Of a DNA stretch of 64,000 bases, positions 1-8,243 are shown in pieces; the first letter of the stretch is position 1, and every line of letters begins with the position of its first letter. The translations under genes and the position numbers were made by a program. Under the pieces are notes generated by a model. It worked only from the letters and a program-made list of their open reading frames with translations. It had not been told where the DNA came from and searched no databases. This DNA is from Nitrospirota bacterium. Lineage in GTDB: Bacteria; Nitrospirota; Thermodesulfovibrionia; Thermodesulfovibrionales; Dissulfurispiraceae. The stretch covers positions 256,001 to 320,000 of the forward strand of contig CAVPZX010000002.1 of assembly GCA_963710375.1 (NCBI GenBank). Reading direction: 5' to 3'.

Positions 1-1239
1 GCCGCGAATTCCGGCCTCGGTGCGGAATTTCTCAAACCAGTGAATGGTGTTTTGAAAATACGCCGCTTCTGACCTTTCAATCACGTGGTCCTCCAGCCAG
101 ACCTGCAGGACGTGCCGGTCTTCGGCGTGGTTCAGGCCGTTAATAATATTGTCGTTTTGCAGTTGTACGCCGATGGTATTTTCCATATCGAATCCGCCCA
201 ACTTGCCAAGCCATGTATGGCTGGCATTAAGTGCGCTCGATATCCTTCTGTCCCACTGTTCAAATTGGTCGCCATGTACGGGATCAAACAGGAAATAGGT
301 AAAGTCGGAAAACAAAGTCATCCGCTTGTCGATAATATAGATATTGGCCTTGGTAACGTAACTCCCTTCGGTGTGCTCCCAGGCAGCGGAAAGACTATAG
401 CGGCGGGTCCAGGTGAAGTCACTAGGGTCAAGTGTGCCGAAACGCGATATCTGGCCGTCATCCACAGCGCGTTCGGCAGTCTGGTTAGTAGCGTCTCCCT
501 GGCTTGTATATGCCATTGCGGTGACGTTAAAGTGGTCTTTACCTTCCCCCATGCTGTAACGCAACACCCCGTTCCATTTCCGGAAGTCTGCTTTATTGCT
601 CCACGGACCGTCGTTGTGTTCATATTCAAAAGCGCCGAGCAGGTTTCCGCCCCCCAGCTTTATTGAGTCGGCAAGGAATTCGCGCTCGAAGCCGTATGTT
701 CCCACGGTTGTACTTGCAATCCCCTGCTTAAGCGTATCCGCATAACTGATATCTATCGCACCTACGGATGAAAAATCACCGTAACCTGCGTAGTAGGGTC
801 CCTTCCGGTACTGTATATAGTTGATCAGTTCGGGTATCATAAAATTCGTATCGGAATATCCCTGGCCGTGCGCATTAGTGCGTTCATTGATATCCATACC
901 GTCAACGGTAATCCTCAGGTCCGTGCCATGATCGAGATTGACGCCCCTCAGAAAATATTGATTGGCCTTGCCTTCTCCACTGTGCTGGCTGACTATCAGA
1001 CCCGGAGTTACTTCCAGTAATTCTCCATTACGGTATGCAGGACGGGATTCAATTTGTTCTTGGAGGATAGTGCCCTCATTTGCAGAATCCGTGGTGCCGA
1101 CCAGGTTTTCGGTCATGTCTGTCACCTCCACAACATCCAGGGTCTGGATGCCTCCGGCATAGGCCGAACCTGTAAAAAAAGCCACAAAAAGCATCATAAA
1201 GACACTGAGCATTCCTGATGCAAAAGTCTTTACTCTCAA
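1..1239 (-). CDS. TonB-dependent outer-membrane receptor, N-terminal part (runs off the left edge)
   Basis: Manual translation from TTG at 1239 (RBS GGAGA) gives a signal peptide and the plug-domain motif QHSGEGKANQYFLRGVNLDHGTD; absent from the ORF track, consistent with the frame running off the window edge. Confidence 0.9.
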   Translation of the reverse strand, partial: MRVKTFASGMLSVFMMLFVAFFTGSAYAGGIQTLDVVEVTDMTENLVGTTDSANEGTILQEQIESRPAYRNGELLEVTPGLIVSQHSGEGKANQYFLRGVNLDHGTDLRITVDGMDINERTNAHGQGYSDTNFMIPELINYIQYRKGPYYAGYGDFSSVGAIDISYADTLKQGIASTTVGTYGFEREFLADSIKLGGGNLLGAFEYEHNDGPWSNKADFRKWNGVLRYSMGEGKDHFNVTAMAYTSQGDATNQTAERAVDDGQISRFGTLDPSDFTWTRRYSLSAAWEHTEGSYVTKANIYIIDKRMTLFSDFTYFLFDPVHGDQFEQWDRRISSALNASHTWLGKLGGFDMENTIGVQLQNDNIINGLNHAEDRHVLQVWLEDHVIERSEAAYFQNTIHWFEKFRTEAGIRG

Positions 1240-1261
1240 ACGCTTTCTCCTTTCAAAGAAA

Positions 1262-1375
1262 TAAAAAAGCCACTAAGGTTTTGTGCGCAGGCTGCTGCCT
1301 GCTACTGACCTTCGTGGCTTTTATTTTCCTGTTTACAGGTGAGGCGGAAATCCGGACTTCGTACCCGGAACCCTT
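1262..1375 (-). promoter_or_regulatory. Structured 5' leader / putative transcription attenuator of the TonB receptor
   Basis: Stem AAAGCCACGAAGG...CCTTAGTGGCTTT followed by a U-tract, enclosing hairpin GCAGGC-AGCA-GCCTGC, between promoter and RBS. Confidence 0.55.
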
Positions 1376-1385
1376 TAATGGCTCA

Positions 1386-1415
1386 ACTATAGCATTTCGA
1401 CAAATGCAGCGTCAA
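1386..1415 (-). promoter_or_regulatory. Sigma70-type promoter for the TonB receptor with a palindrome in the spacer
   Basis: TTGACG-18 nt-TATAGT with TG extension; GCATTT-N4-AAATGC inverted repeat at 1392-1407. Confidence 0.55.
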
Positions 1416-1444
1416 GATAACAAAAATGGCGGGAGTGGGTTGTA

Positions 1445-1472
1445 TTGACATGCTGAAATCTGTTGCTATAAT
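1445..1472 (+). promoter_or_regulatory. Consensus sigma70 promoter for the Met/His-rich protein
   Basis: TTGACA-16 nt-TATAAT with extended -10 TG. Confidence 0.7.
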
Positions 1473-1517
1473 TAAGATATCAATCTATCATCGAACATTT
1501 CCAAAGGAGGCAGCAAT

Positions 1518-2327
1518 ATGAAGAAGAAAATGCAGTTTTTTGGTGGAGTTTTTGTTTTGGTCTTTGCCCTGTCTTTTGTGATTTTCGGGTCAGCGAGCGC
1601 CGCAGATGTGAAACAAATGCAAAGCAACAGCTATATAGCAATGCATGAGGTTGGCGCCGAAGAAATGAAAGACATGAGCGACATGAAGGGCATGAATATG
1701 GATATGGATATGCACCATATGCACATAATGATGGATCACGGCCTTTCTATGGTCACTGAAGGGTCAAGTCTGGTTATGCTTGGCGAGATGAAAATGGCGC
1801 CGTCGCTTGACCCGATGACCATGGAGCACGGCCGCCACATGATGGCCGAAGGCAAGAAGCTGATAGAACATGAAATGAGCGGGTCTATGATGAAAAGCAT
1901 GCACAAGGCAGGTCATGGTAATGACCCGCTCATGAAGTACACCCACGAACTGGGCAACGCCATGATGGACTATGTGAATATTGTCGATAGCATGGGCATG
2001 AAAGGCGAAATGGCCGATGATATGATGACGATGCACCATATGCATATACTGATCAACCATGCCGTGAATATGGCTGTTGAGGGCGCCAATTTGGTAATGC
2101 TTGGACAGATGCACATGGCAAAGGGCGTAGATAAGGGTTCGGTGGAGCACGGGAAAATGATGATATCCGATGCGGATAAGCTTTTGAGTGAAGTCATGAA
2201 AGGCAAAGCTATGATGGAAATGCACGAAAAAGGTATCAAGATGAACAACGAAATGATGGCTTATACACACAAGCTGGGCGCAGCGGCGCAGAAGCTTGTT
2301 GATCTTCTTTCCGGGATGCCAAAGTAA
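1518..2327 (+). CDS. Exported Met/His-rich protein with an internal duplication, putative metal-binding
   Basis: RBS AAGGAGG; signal peptide ending ASA-A; two copies of MHHMHI..H...EG..LVMLG.M.MA...EHG..M...YTH.LG. Confidence 0.85.
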   Translation: MKKKMQFFGGVFVLVFALSFVIFGSASAADVKQMQSNSYIAMHEVGAEEMKDMSDMKGMNMDMDMHHMHIMMDHGLSMVTEGSSLVMLGEMKMAPSLDPMTMEHGRHMMAEGKKLIEHEMSGSMMKSMHKAGHGNDPLMKYTHELGNAMMDYVNIVDSMGMKGEMADDMMTMHHMHILINHAVNMAVEGANLVMLGQMHMAKGVDKGSVEHGKMMISDADKLLSEVMKGKAMMEMHEKGIKMNNEMMAYTHKLGAAAQKLVDLLSGMPK

Positions 2328-2441
2328 CCACCCCATTTAGCGGCTGCGGTAGGGGTGTGGGACAATAATATCTCTCCTCACCCCTGCTGCACCCCAAGGT
2401 GGCAGGTATAATCGCAACGAGTGGCAGGGTTATTCCGGAAG

Positions 2442-3098
2442 TTACAGACTTTTTGTGGGTCCGCGGCGGTGGCGTATGAATTCGACCACTCCCGGCGTGA
2501 CCGAGACAATAATGATCGCCAAAATCACAAGTGAGAAATTCCGCCTCACAACGGGAATATTACCGAAGAAATATCCTGAAAAAACACAGACCGCCACCCA
2601 GGCAGTCCCCCCGAAAATATCATAGCTTATAAACCGCGCGTAGGTCATTCTCCCGATGCCGGCAACAAAAGGGGCGAAGGTACGCACAATGGGGATGAAG
2701 CGGGCAATGATAATTGTCTTGCCGCCGTATTTTTCGTAGAACTTGTGGGTGCGCTCCAGGTGCTTCCTGTTCAGGAAGCGTACATCGTCCCGGTGGAACA
2801 CCTTCGGTCCGGCAAAATATCCGATCCAGTAATTGGTCGTATTGCCTGCCATGGCAGCAAAGACAAGAAGACCATAAATCACAAAGATATCAAAGGAGCC
2901 AAGAGCTGCAAAAGTGCCTGCTGCGAATAGCAGTGAATCTCCGGGAAGGAAAGGAGTCACCACAAGACCGGTCTCGCAGAAGATGATAAGCGGGAGGATA
3001 ATGTATGTGGCAGCACCATACTGTTGAATTATCAGGCTGAGATGCTTGTCGAGGTGCATGAAAATAGAAATGAAATTTGCGATCAGTTCCATCAACAC
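2442..3098 (-). CDS. dedA: DedA family membrane protein
   Basis: FCETGLVVTPFLPGDSLLF and ARFIPIVRTFAPFVAG motifs. Confidence 0.93.
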   Translation of the reverse strand: MLMELIANFISIFMHLDKHLSLIIQQYGAATYIILPLIIFCETGLVVTPFLPGDSLLFAAGTFAALGSFDIFVIYGLLVFAAMAGNTTNYWIGYFAGPKVFHRDDVRFLNRKHLERTHKFYEKYGGKTIIIARFIPIVRTFAPFVAGIGRMTYARFISYDIFGGTAWVAVCVFSGYFFGNIPVVRRNFSLVILAIIIVSVTPGVVEFIRHRRGPTKSL

Positions 3099-4015
3099 TC
3101 CCTTGGTAATTTTGCGGTAAAGATCCTTTCTATCCCTGCAAAGTCCTTTATAAAACGCATTTGAGTAAACCCGGCACTCAGTGCCAGCTCCTGTATTGCG
3201 GCCGACTGGCCAAACCCGATTTCGAGCATAATTATACCATTGTCTTGCAGGTATGCCGGAGCATCCCTGAAAATCCTCCTGTAAAAATCAAGACCGTCCC
3301 TGCCGCCGTCAAGCGCCGAAAGAGGCTCATGTTCCCTTATCTCCCTCTGGAGGGTTTTTATTTCATCATGCCTAACATAAGGCGGATTGGAAACAATGCA
3401 GTCAAAATGCAGAGTATTGACAGGCTCGAAAAGGTCGCCCAGCTTAAAACAGATATTATTGACATTATTTGCCAGGGCATTCTGCGTTGCGTATACCATT
3501 GCACCTTCAGAAGCGTCAACCCCATAAACGGTCGCGTCGGGGAAATGCCGCGCAATGGAAATCGCAATGCATCCGCTTCCAGTACAGAGATCCAAAATAC
3601 TAATCGAATCGGCGAGTCGGGGAGCCGGAGAATCGGCGCCATGTCCTTTGACTTTGTCTTTGCTCCGGCTCTCCGTTTCCCCGATTCTCCGTTTCAGTCT
3701 TTTTATCACTTCATCTACGAGCAATTCAGTCTCAGGTCTGGGGATAAGAACGCCGCTTCCTACATATATTGTCAAACCATAAAACGGCACGTGGCCTATC
3801 AGATACTGAATGGGCTCTCCCCTGGTGCGCCTCACTGCAAGGTCATCGATATGCTTTGCCCTGTCCTCCGGGATGCCGGCATCGCCGGCGTAAAGACCGG
3901 CCCTGTCTATATCCAGAAGTCCGGTGATAAGCATTTCGGCTTCCCGCGCCGAATCCTCAATGCCGCTCTTCTCAAAAAGCGCTGCTATCTGTTTCATCTT
4001 GGCAAGGGCATTCAT
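3092..4015 (-). CDS. prmC: Release factor glutamine methyltransferase PrmC/HemK, with a ~30 aa linker insertion
   Basis: VLIPRPETE, LDLCTGSG and NPPY motifs; downstream of prfA; start taken at ATG 4015. Confidence 0.93.
   Translation of the reverse strand: MNALAKMKQIAALFEKSGIEDSAREAEMLITGLLDIDRAGLYAGDAGIPEDRAKHIDDLAVRRTRGEPIQYLIGHVPFYGLTIYVGSGVLIPRPETELLVDEVIKRLKRRIGETESRSKDKVKGHGADSPAPRLADSISILDLCTGSGCIAISIARHFPDATVYGVDASEGAMVYATQNALANNVNNICFKLGDLFEPVNTLHFDCIVSNPPYVRHDEIKTLQREIREHEPLSALDGGRDGLDFYRRIFRDAPAYLQDNGIIMLEIGFGQSAAIQELALSAGFTQMRFIKDFAGIERIFTAKLPREC
3606..3695. repeat. Octamer tandem-repeat hairpin inside prmC
   Basis: GAATCGGC GAGTCGGG GAGCCGGA GAATCGGC ... TCCGGCTC TCCGTTTC CCCGATTC TCCGTTTC; 90 bp, frame preserved. 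Confidence 0.75.
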
Positions 4016-4021
4016 AAAAAG

Positions 4022-4130
4022 AACGTGAAACGTGAAAAGTGAACCGTGAATGGAAAAAAACATGAATCAAAGAACAGGCAACGAGTATTATTTATTATCC
4101 TGTCACTTTTCACCTTTCACATTTCACAGT
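4022..4130. repeat. Heptamer tandem-repeat hairpin between prfA and prmC
   Basis: AACGTGA AACGTGA AAAGTGA ACCGTGA ... TCACTTT TCACCTT TCACATT TCACAGT; the last unit contains the prfA stop codon. Confidence 0.8.
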
Positions 4131-5185
4131 TCCTGTAGCCGTTCAGCCTGATAGTGCGTACTCAGAGCATCAATAAGTTCATCCAGCGCCCCTTCGAGCA
4201 CGTGATCGAGCTTGTGCAGGGTCAGGCCTATGCGGTGATCGGTAACCCTGTTCTGGGGATAGTTGTATGTCCTGATACGTTCGCTCCTGTCGCCGCTGCC
4301 AACCTGGGTCTTTCTGTCCGCTGCACGGTCCTTGTCTTTTTTTTCTATCTCCATTTCAAGCAGTCTTGAACGCAGCACTTTCAATGCCTTTTCACGGTTC
4401 TTCAGCTGCGACCGCTCATCCTGACACTGCACCACCAGCCCTGTAGGGATATGTGTGATACGCACTGCAGAATATGTAGTGTTCACACTCTGTCCGCCTG
4501 CGCCTGAGGAACAGAAGGTGTCGATCCTCAGGTCCTTGTCCTCAATCCTTATATCCACCTCTTCAGCTTCGGGCAGCACAGCCACTGTTGCAGCTGACGT
4601 ATGTATTCTCCCTGATGTCTCGGTTACCGGCACCCTTTGCACCCTGTGCACGCCGCTCTCATACTTCAGTTTACTGTAGGCGCCCTTGCCGGTGATATTT
4701 GCTACAATCTCCTTTAAGCCGCCGATCCCTGTCGGGCTGGAATCGATCACCTCAATCTTCCATTTGCGTGACTCGGCATACTTCGAGTACATCCTGAACA
4801 GGCTTGCCCCGAAAAGGGCAGCCTCTTCTCCGCCTGTACCGGCACGTATCTCCAGAATGACGTTCCTGTCGTCCCTTGGGTCTTTCGGCAGCAGCATCAT
4901 CTTCAGTTCGTTCTCAAGCAGCGGCCTTCTTTTCTTCAGGTCCTCAAGCTCTTCCTGGGCAAGCTCCTTTATATCCCCATCACCGCCCCTGAGCATTTCT
5001 TCGGCCTCATCTATTCCAGAGAGAAGTTTTTTGTACTCCCTTATTTTTTCAACAATATGTATAAGGTCCGACTGCTCCTTGGAATACTTCATGTATGTCT
5101 GTGTATTGGACAGCACTTCCGGATCTGCAAGCGCCCTGGTTATTTCATTATGTTTTTCTTCTATTGACAGCAGTTTCTCAAGCAT
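4124..5185 (-). CDS. prfA: Peptide chain release factor 1
   Basis: GGQ motif, PVT anticodon-mimic tripeptide, [16 protein letters not shown]; start ATG 5185. Confidence 0.97.
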   Translation of the reverse strand: MLEKLLSIEEKHNEITRALADPEVLSNTQTYMKYSKEQSDLIHIVEKIREYKKLLSGIDEAEEMLRGGDGDIKELAQEELEDLKKRRPLLENELKMMLLPKDPRDDRNVILEIRAGTGGEEAALFGASLFRMYSKYAESRKWKIEVIDSSPTGIGGLKEIVANITGKGAYSKLKYESGVHRVQRVPVTETSGRIHTSAATVAVLPEAEEVDIRIEDKDLRIDTFCSSGAGGQSVNTTYSAVRITHIPTGLVVQCQDERSQLKNREKALKVLRSRLLEMEIEKKDKDRAADRKTQVGSGDRSERIRTYNYPQNRVTDHRIGLTLHKLDHVLEGALDELIDALSTHYQAERLQEL

Positions 5186-5187
5186 TG

Positions 5188-6117
5188 TCAGTGCACCTCT
5201 CCCGCACCCCAACAAGTCTTCGACTTTTCGGGGACCCCGCCGCAGGTTCCTTCCATTTTCAATACGTCCTGCATAGCAGCAAGAGCAACCTCTATCTGGG
5301 ATTCATCAGGCTCCCGTACCGTCATCCGCTGCAGCAGAAGACCCGGGACAACCATAAGGTTGATTACAGGATTATTCTTCATCCTGGCGGAAAACTTGAG
5401 CATCTCATAGGAAATGCCCGCAATAAGAGGAATAAGGATGAGCCGGGATGATGCCTTGGATATAAAAGACCACTGCTGCGGAATGAAAGAAAAGATTAGT
5501 ATGCTGATAACCATAACAATCAGAAGGAAGCTGGTTCCACACCTCGGATGGTAGGGCTTGTACTTTTTAGCGTTCTCAACAGTCAGCGATTCCCCGGCCT
5601 CGTATGCATATATAACCTTATGCTCCGCGCCGTGGTATTCAAAAACGCGCCGCATCTCTTTCCATAACCCTATCGCAAACACGTAAAAAAGAAATATTAC
5701 TACGCGTATTACTCCGTCGACAGCGTTGAACAACATGGAACTATTGGCAATACCATGAAGAAAATTCCCCATCACCTTTGTAAGCAGCAGCGGCAGCAAT
5801 ATGAAAAGCCCTGCCGCGAGCACCAGGGCGGCAGCCAGCGAAAGGCCCATGCTCAAGGGGCTGATCGGTTTAACCTGCTCTTCCTCCTGGTAGGCCACAT
5901 TTCCCGAAAATTCAAGTGCCCTGATCCCTATATGCAGCGCCTGGAAAAGCGCCACCGACCCTCGAATAACCGGCAGCTTAAGAAAGCCTGCCATCGTGCC
6001 TGTCTTCTCGCGCTTGAGGCTTATATCACCTTTAGGTCCCCTGACAGCAACGCTCCAACCCACAGGTGATTTCATCATCACGCCCTCTATTACAGCCTGT
6101 CCACCGATATTCTTCAT
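5188..6117 (-). CDS. DUF1385 family membrane protein
   Basis: [27 protein letters not shown]; usual rpmE-prfA context. Confidence 0.92.
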   Translation of the reverse strand: MKNIGGQAVIEGVMMKSPVGWSVAVRGPKGDISLKREKTGTMAGFLKLPVIRGSVALFQALHIGIRALEFSGNVAYQEEEQVKPISPLSMGLSLAAALVLAAGLFILLPLLLTKVMGNFLHGIANSSMLFNAVDGVIRVVIFLFYVFAIGLWKEMRRVFEYHGAEHKVIYAYEAGESLTVENAKKYKPYHPRCGTSFLLIVMVISILIFSFIPQQWSFISKASSRLILIPLIAGISYEMLKFSARMKNNPVINLMVVPGLLLQRMTVREPDESQIEVALAAMQDVLKMEGTCGGVPEKSKTCWGAGEVH

Positions 6118-6180
6118 TTAGTTCTCCGAAATGCTCTTATGGCTATATAACCCTTTCCCCTTACGGAACCGTCAACAAAA

Positions 6181-6221
6181 AGGGGTTAGATTTTAGGCAT
6201 AATGCTAAACTCTAACCCCTG
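6181..6221 (-). terminator. Hairpin/terminator downstream of rpmE
   Basis: AGGGGTTAGA...TCTAACCCCT inverted repeat with a T-tract on the minus strand. Confidence 0.6.
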
Positions 6222-6234
6222 GTATCTATCGCAG

Positions 6235-6435
6235 CTACTTCTTTGCGTATTTCTTCCTGAACTTCTCCACCCTTCCTTCGGCATCTATAAGCTTCTGCTT
6301 TCCGGTAAAGAAGGGGTGGCACTTTGAGCATATATCAAGGCGTATATTTTCGAGTGTCGACTTTGTCGTGAATGTCTCGCCGCATGCGCATACGACCTTC
6401 GCTTCTTTATATTTTGGATGTATACCTTCTTTCAT
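6235..6435 (-). CDS. rpmE: 50S ribosomal protein L31, zinc-binding type
   Basis: [13 protein letters not shown] and [10 protein letters not shown]. Confidence 0.97.
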   Translation of the reverse strand: MKEGIHPKYKEAKVVCACGETFTTKSTLENIRLDICSKCHPFFTGKQKLIDAEGRVEKFRKKYAKK

Positions 6436-6602
6436 GGAAGTAACCTCCTAAGATTGAATTGGATATTTAGTTTAATATATATACTGAAAATTTATCAAGT
6501 TCAGGTTTAAAAGGCTATCCTACACAATGAGATTGTCTTTATAGTGACCCCAGTGTCAAGATTCCACTGGGTCAACTGTCAGTACGCCAGCACACTAAAC
6601 TT

Positions 6603-6880
6603 TAAGTTTAGACATATAAGCCAGGAGTTCAGCAGAATGATCTCTTTATAGATTCCACGGAGGACGCTCAGGAGCTCAATCTTTTCAAGAGCTATTAAGA
6701 CAGAGGTATCAACAATAACTATTTCAGGCATTTGATAATTCTTTATCAAGGTCGAGATATTGATCCCTAACCGGGGTTATCCCCTTATGCAGCAATATTT
6801 CAACAAATGCCTTTTCAGAATATCCGGCAATCTCAGACGCCTTGCCGAGTTACACCAATCCATCATCAAAATGTTTAGCC
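6603..6880 (-). pseudogene. Decayed UPF0175-type antitoxin plus DUF3368 (PIN-like) toxin fragment
   Basis: Manual translation: ...LV*LGKASEIAGYSEKAFVEILLHKGI... overlapping MPEIVIVDTSVLIALEKIELLSVLRGIYKEII, truncated at ~42 aa. Confidence 0.6.
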
Positions 6881-6978
6881 TACGGGGAAGGGGCATTTTT
6901 TCATCTTCACCAAGAAACGCGCATAAGACGCTGCCTATCCGCAGCAGGCGAAGCACATAACCTTAATTATTCATAAGA

Positions 6979-7004
6979 TGTCCTGTTGACTTTTAAACAG
7001 GACA
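6979..7004. promoter_or_regulatory. Palindromic operator overlapping a -35 box
   Basis: TGTCCTGTT-N8-AACAGGACA perfect 9 bp inverted repeat containing TTGACT, upstream of 7106. Confidence 0.5.
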
Positions 7005-7105
7005 AGTATTATCCTATATATAGAGGTTTAGTTGTAAAGGGACTGAGTTATACTGCGCCGTCTTAAAAGGGGGCAGGAACGCTTTTCCTTAAAGGAGGTA
7101 GTCAA

Positions 7106-7264
7106 ATGGCAACGGAAACTTCAATAAGGATTGTTAAGTGTGAAGGTGAGATGCCGTTCGCTGAATGTGCGGCCATGAAGCAGGTGGTGGTTTGCACACG
7201 GCCGGCCATTGAGCGGTACGAGGGTGACGTGTTGGAGGATAACGAGGAAATATGGGCTGAATGA
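7106..7264 (+). CDS. Small hypothetical protein (52 aa)
   Basis: Strong RBS AAGGAGG; MATETSIRIVKCEGEMPFAECAAMKQVVVCTRPAIERYEGDVLEDNEEIWAE; not in the ORF track. Confidence 0.6.
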   Translation: MATETSIRIVKCEGEMPFAECAAMKQVVVCTRPAIERYEGDVLEDNEEIWAE

Positions 7265-7364
7265 CTCTGACACAGATTGTCGATCACTTGCACGGTGGCA
7301 ACAAGCAAATGGTGCGAGTGTAAGGTCCTGATAAATCAATTAGTTGTCTGAAAAGGAGGAAGTC

Positions 7365-7682
7365 ATGGGGAGCGCATCAAACATAAAGGATGTCAGAAGT
7401 TATTGTGATGTTGTTTACGACGAACTGACGGATATGAAGACGAGGTTGACGAGTCTGATAAATTCGATCGATTTGATGCAGGGATCCCAAAAAGAGATCG
7501 TTGCGTCACATGTAAGGCATCTCCGTGACATTGAGAATACGATCGACTGGAAGCTTGAAATTATCACAAAGGTGTGCCCTAACATCTGGTCGAGGTTGGG
7601 TGGGGACTCCGGGAGCATATTGGATATGCGTGCCGAAAAAATTGGTAATGAGTTTGTAGCAGAGGGCGATTTCGGCGGATAA
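7365..7682 (+). CDS. Hypothetical protein, probably helical
   Basis: RBS AAGGAGGA before ATG 7365; open frame. Confidence 0.7.
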   Translation: MGSASNIKDVRSYCDVVYDELTDMKTRLTSLINSIDLMQGSQKEIVASHVRHLRDIENTIDWKLEIITKVCPNIWSRLGGDSGSILDMRAEKIGNEFVAEGDFGG

Positions 7683-7788
7683 TCGGCGTCAAGCTGATTA
7701 ACTGCTGAAAGACGCTGAAAAATGGCGTCAAGCACTCGATACGCCACGCCCACGGCTTTTGAGTGAGTGACCGCCATTTTTTTGTGTT

Positions 7789-7863
7789 GATGATGTCCAC
7801 TTCATCTTCAGATAAAAAGGAAAATGGAAGGATCTTGCGTATAAATTCCTTGGGCGGGATCAT
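7789..7863 (-). pseudogene. N-terminal remnant of a paralog of the cNMP/CBS/DUF294 gene at 34058
   Basis: MIPPKEFIRKILPFSFLSEDEVDII versus MIPPKEFIHKIRPFSYLSEDDLDII. Confidence 0.8.
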
Positions 7864-7918
7864 TTAACTAATGTTTAAAGGCCTTTGTTACACTGTCCCT
7901 GTGGCAGAAATTATTTTC

Positions 7919-8170
7919 TTAGATTGTTTCAAAGTTATTTATAAATTGCCCAATCTGAACTCCGAGGTAAACGCACTTGACACCATCCATGCATTCATCA
8001 GCATCTTTCTTCTCAAGGTGAGTGGTAAGCTCATGTTTGTCTTTTTTGAACTTTACCAGATATGCATTCTTCTCTTCACTGAAATTCAGGCTGACAGAGA
8101 TGCCGTGCTGTTCAATTTTAGGATACATCTGCATTATTTTATCCTTTAGCGCAACGCTAGTATAACCCAT
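7919..8170 (-). CDS. Hypothetical protein (83 aa)
   Basis: RBS GAGGAG; CMDGVKC near the C-terminus. Confidence 0.75.
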   Translation of the reverse strand: MGYTSVALKDKIMQMYPKIEQHGISVSLNFSEEKNAYLVKFKKDKHELTTHLEKKDADECMDGVKCVYLGVQIGQFINNFETI

Positions 8171-8243
8171 ACGATCCTCCTCTTGAATAATACTGACTTA
8201 TTTCGATAAAACCTCTTATTAATCAGTCTATCAGAAAAAAAGG

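Noticed and set aside
85..1162. Plus-strand ORFs 85-666 and 962-1162, and minus-strand ORF 318-629
   Set aside because: Shadow frames of the TonB receptor on the minus strand
3161..4042. Long antisense ORFs (for example 3161-4042, 14349-15203, 59084-59776, 59990-60679)
   Set aside because: They lie opposite well-supported genes and show no recognisable motifs
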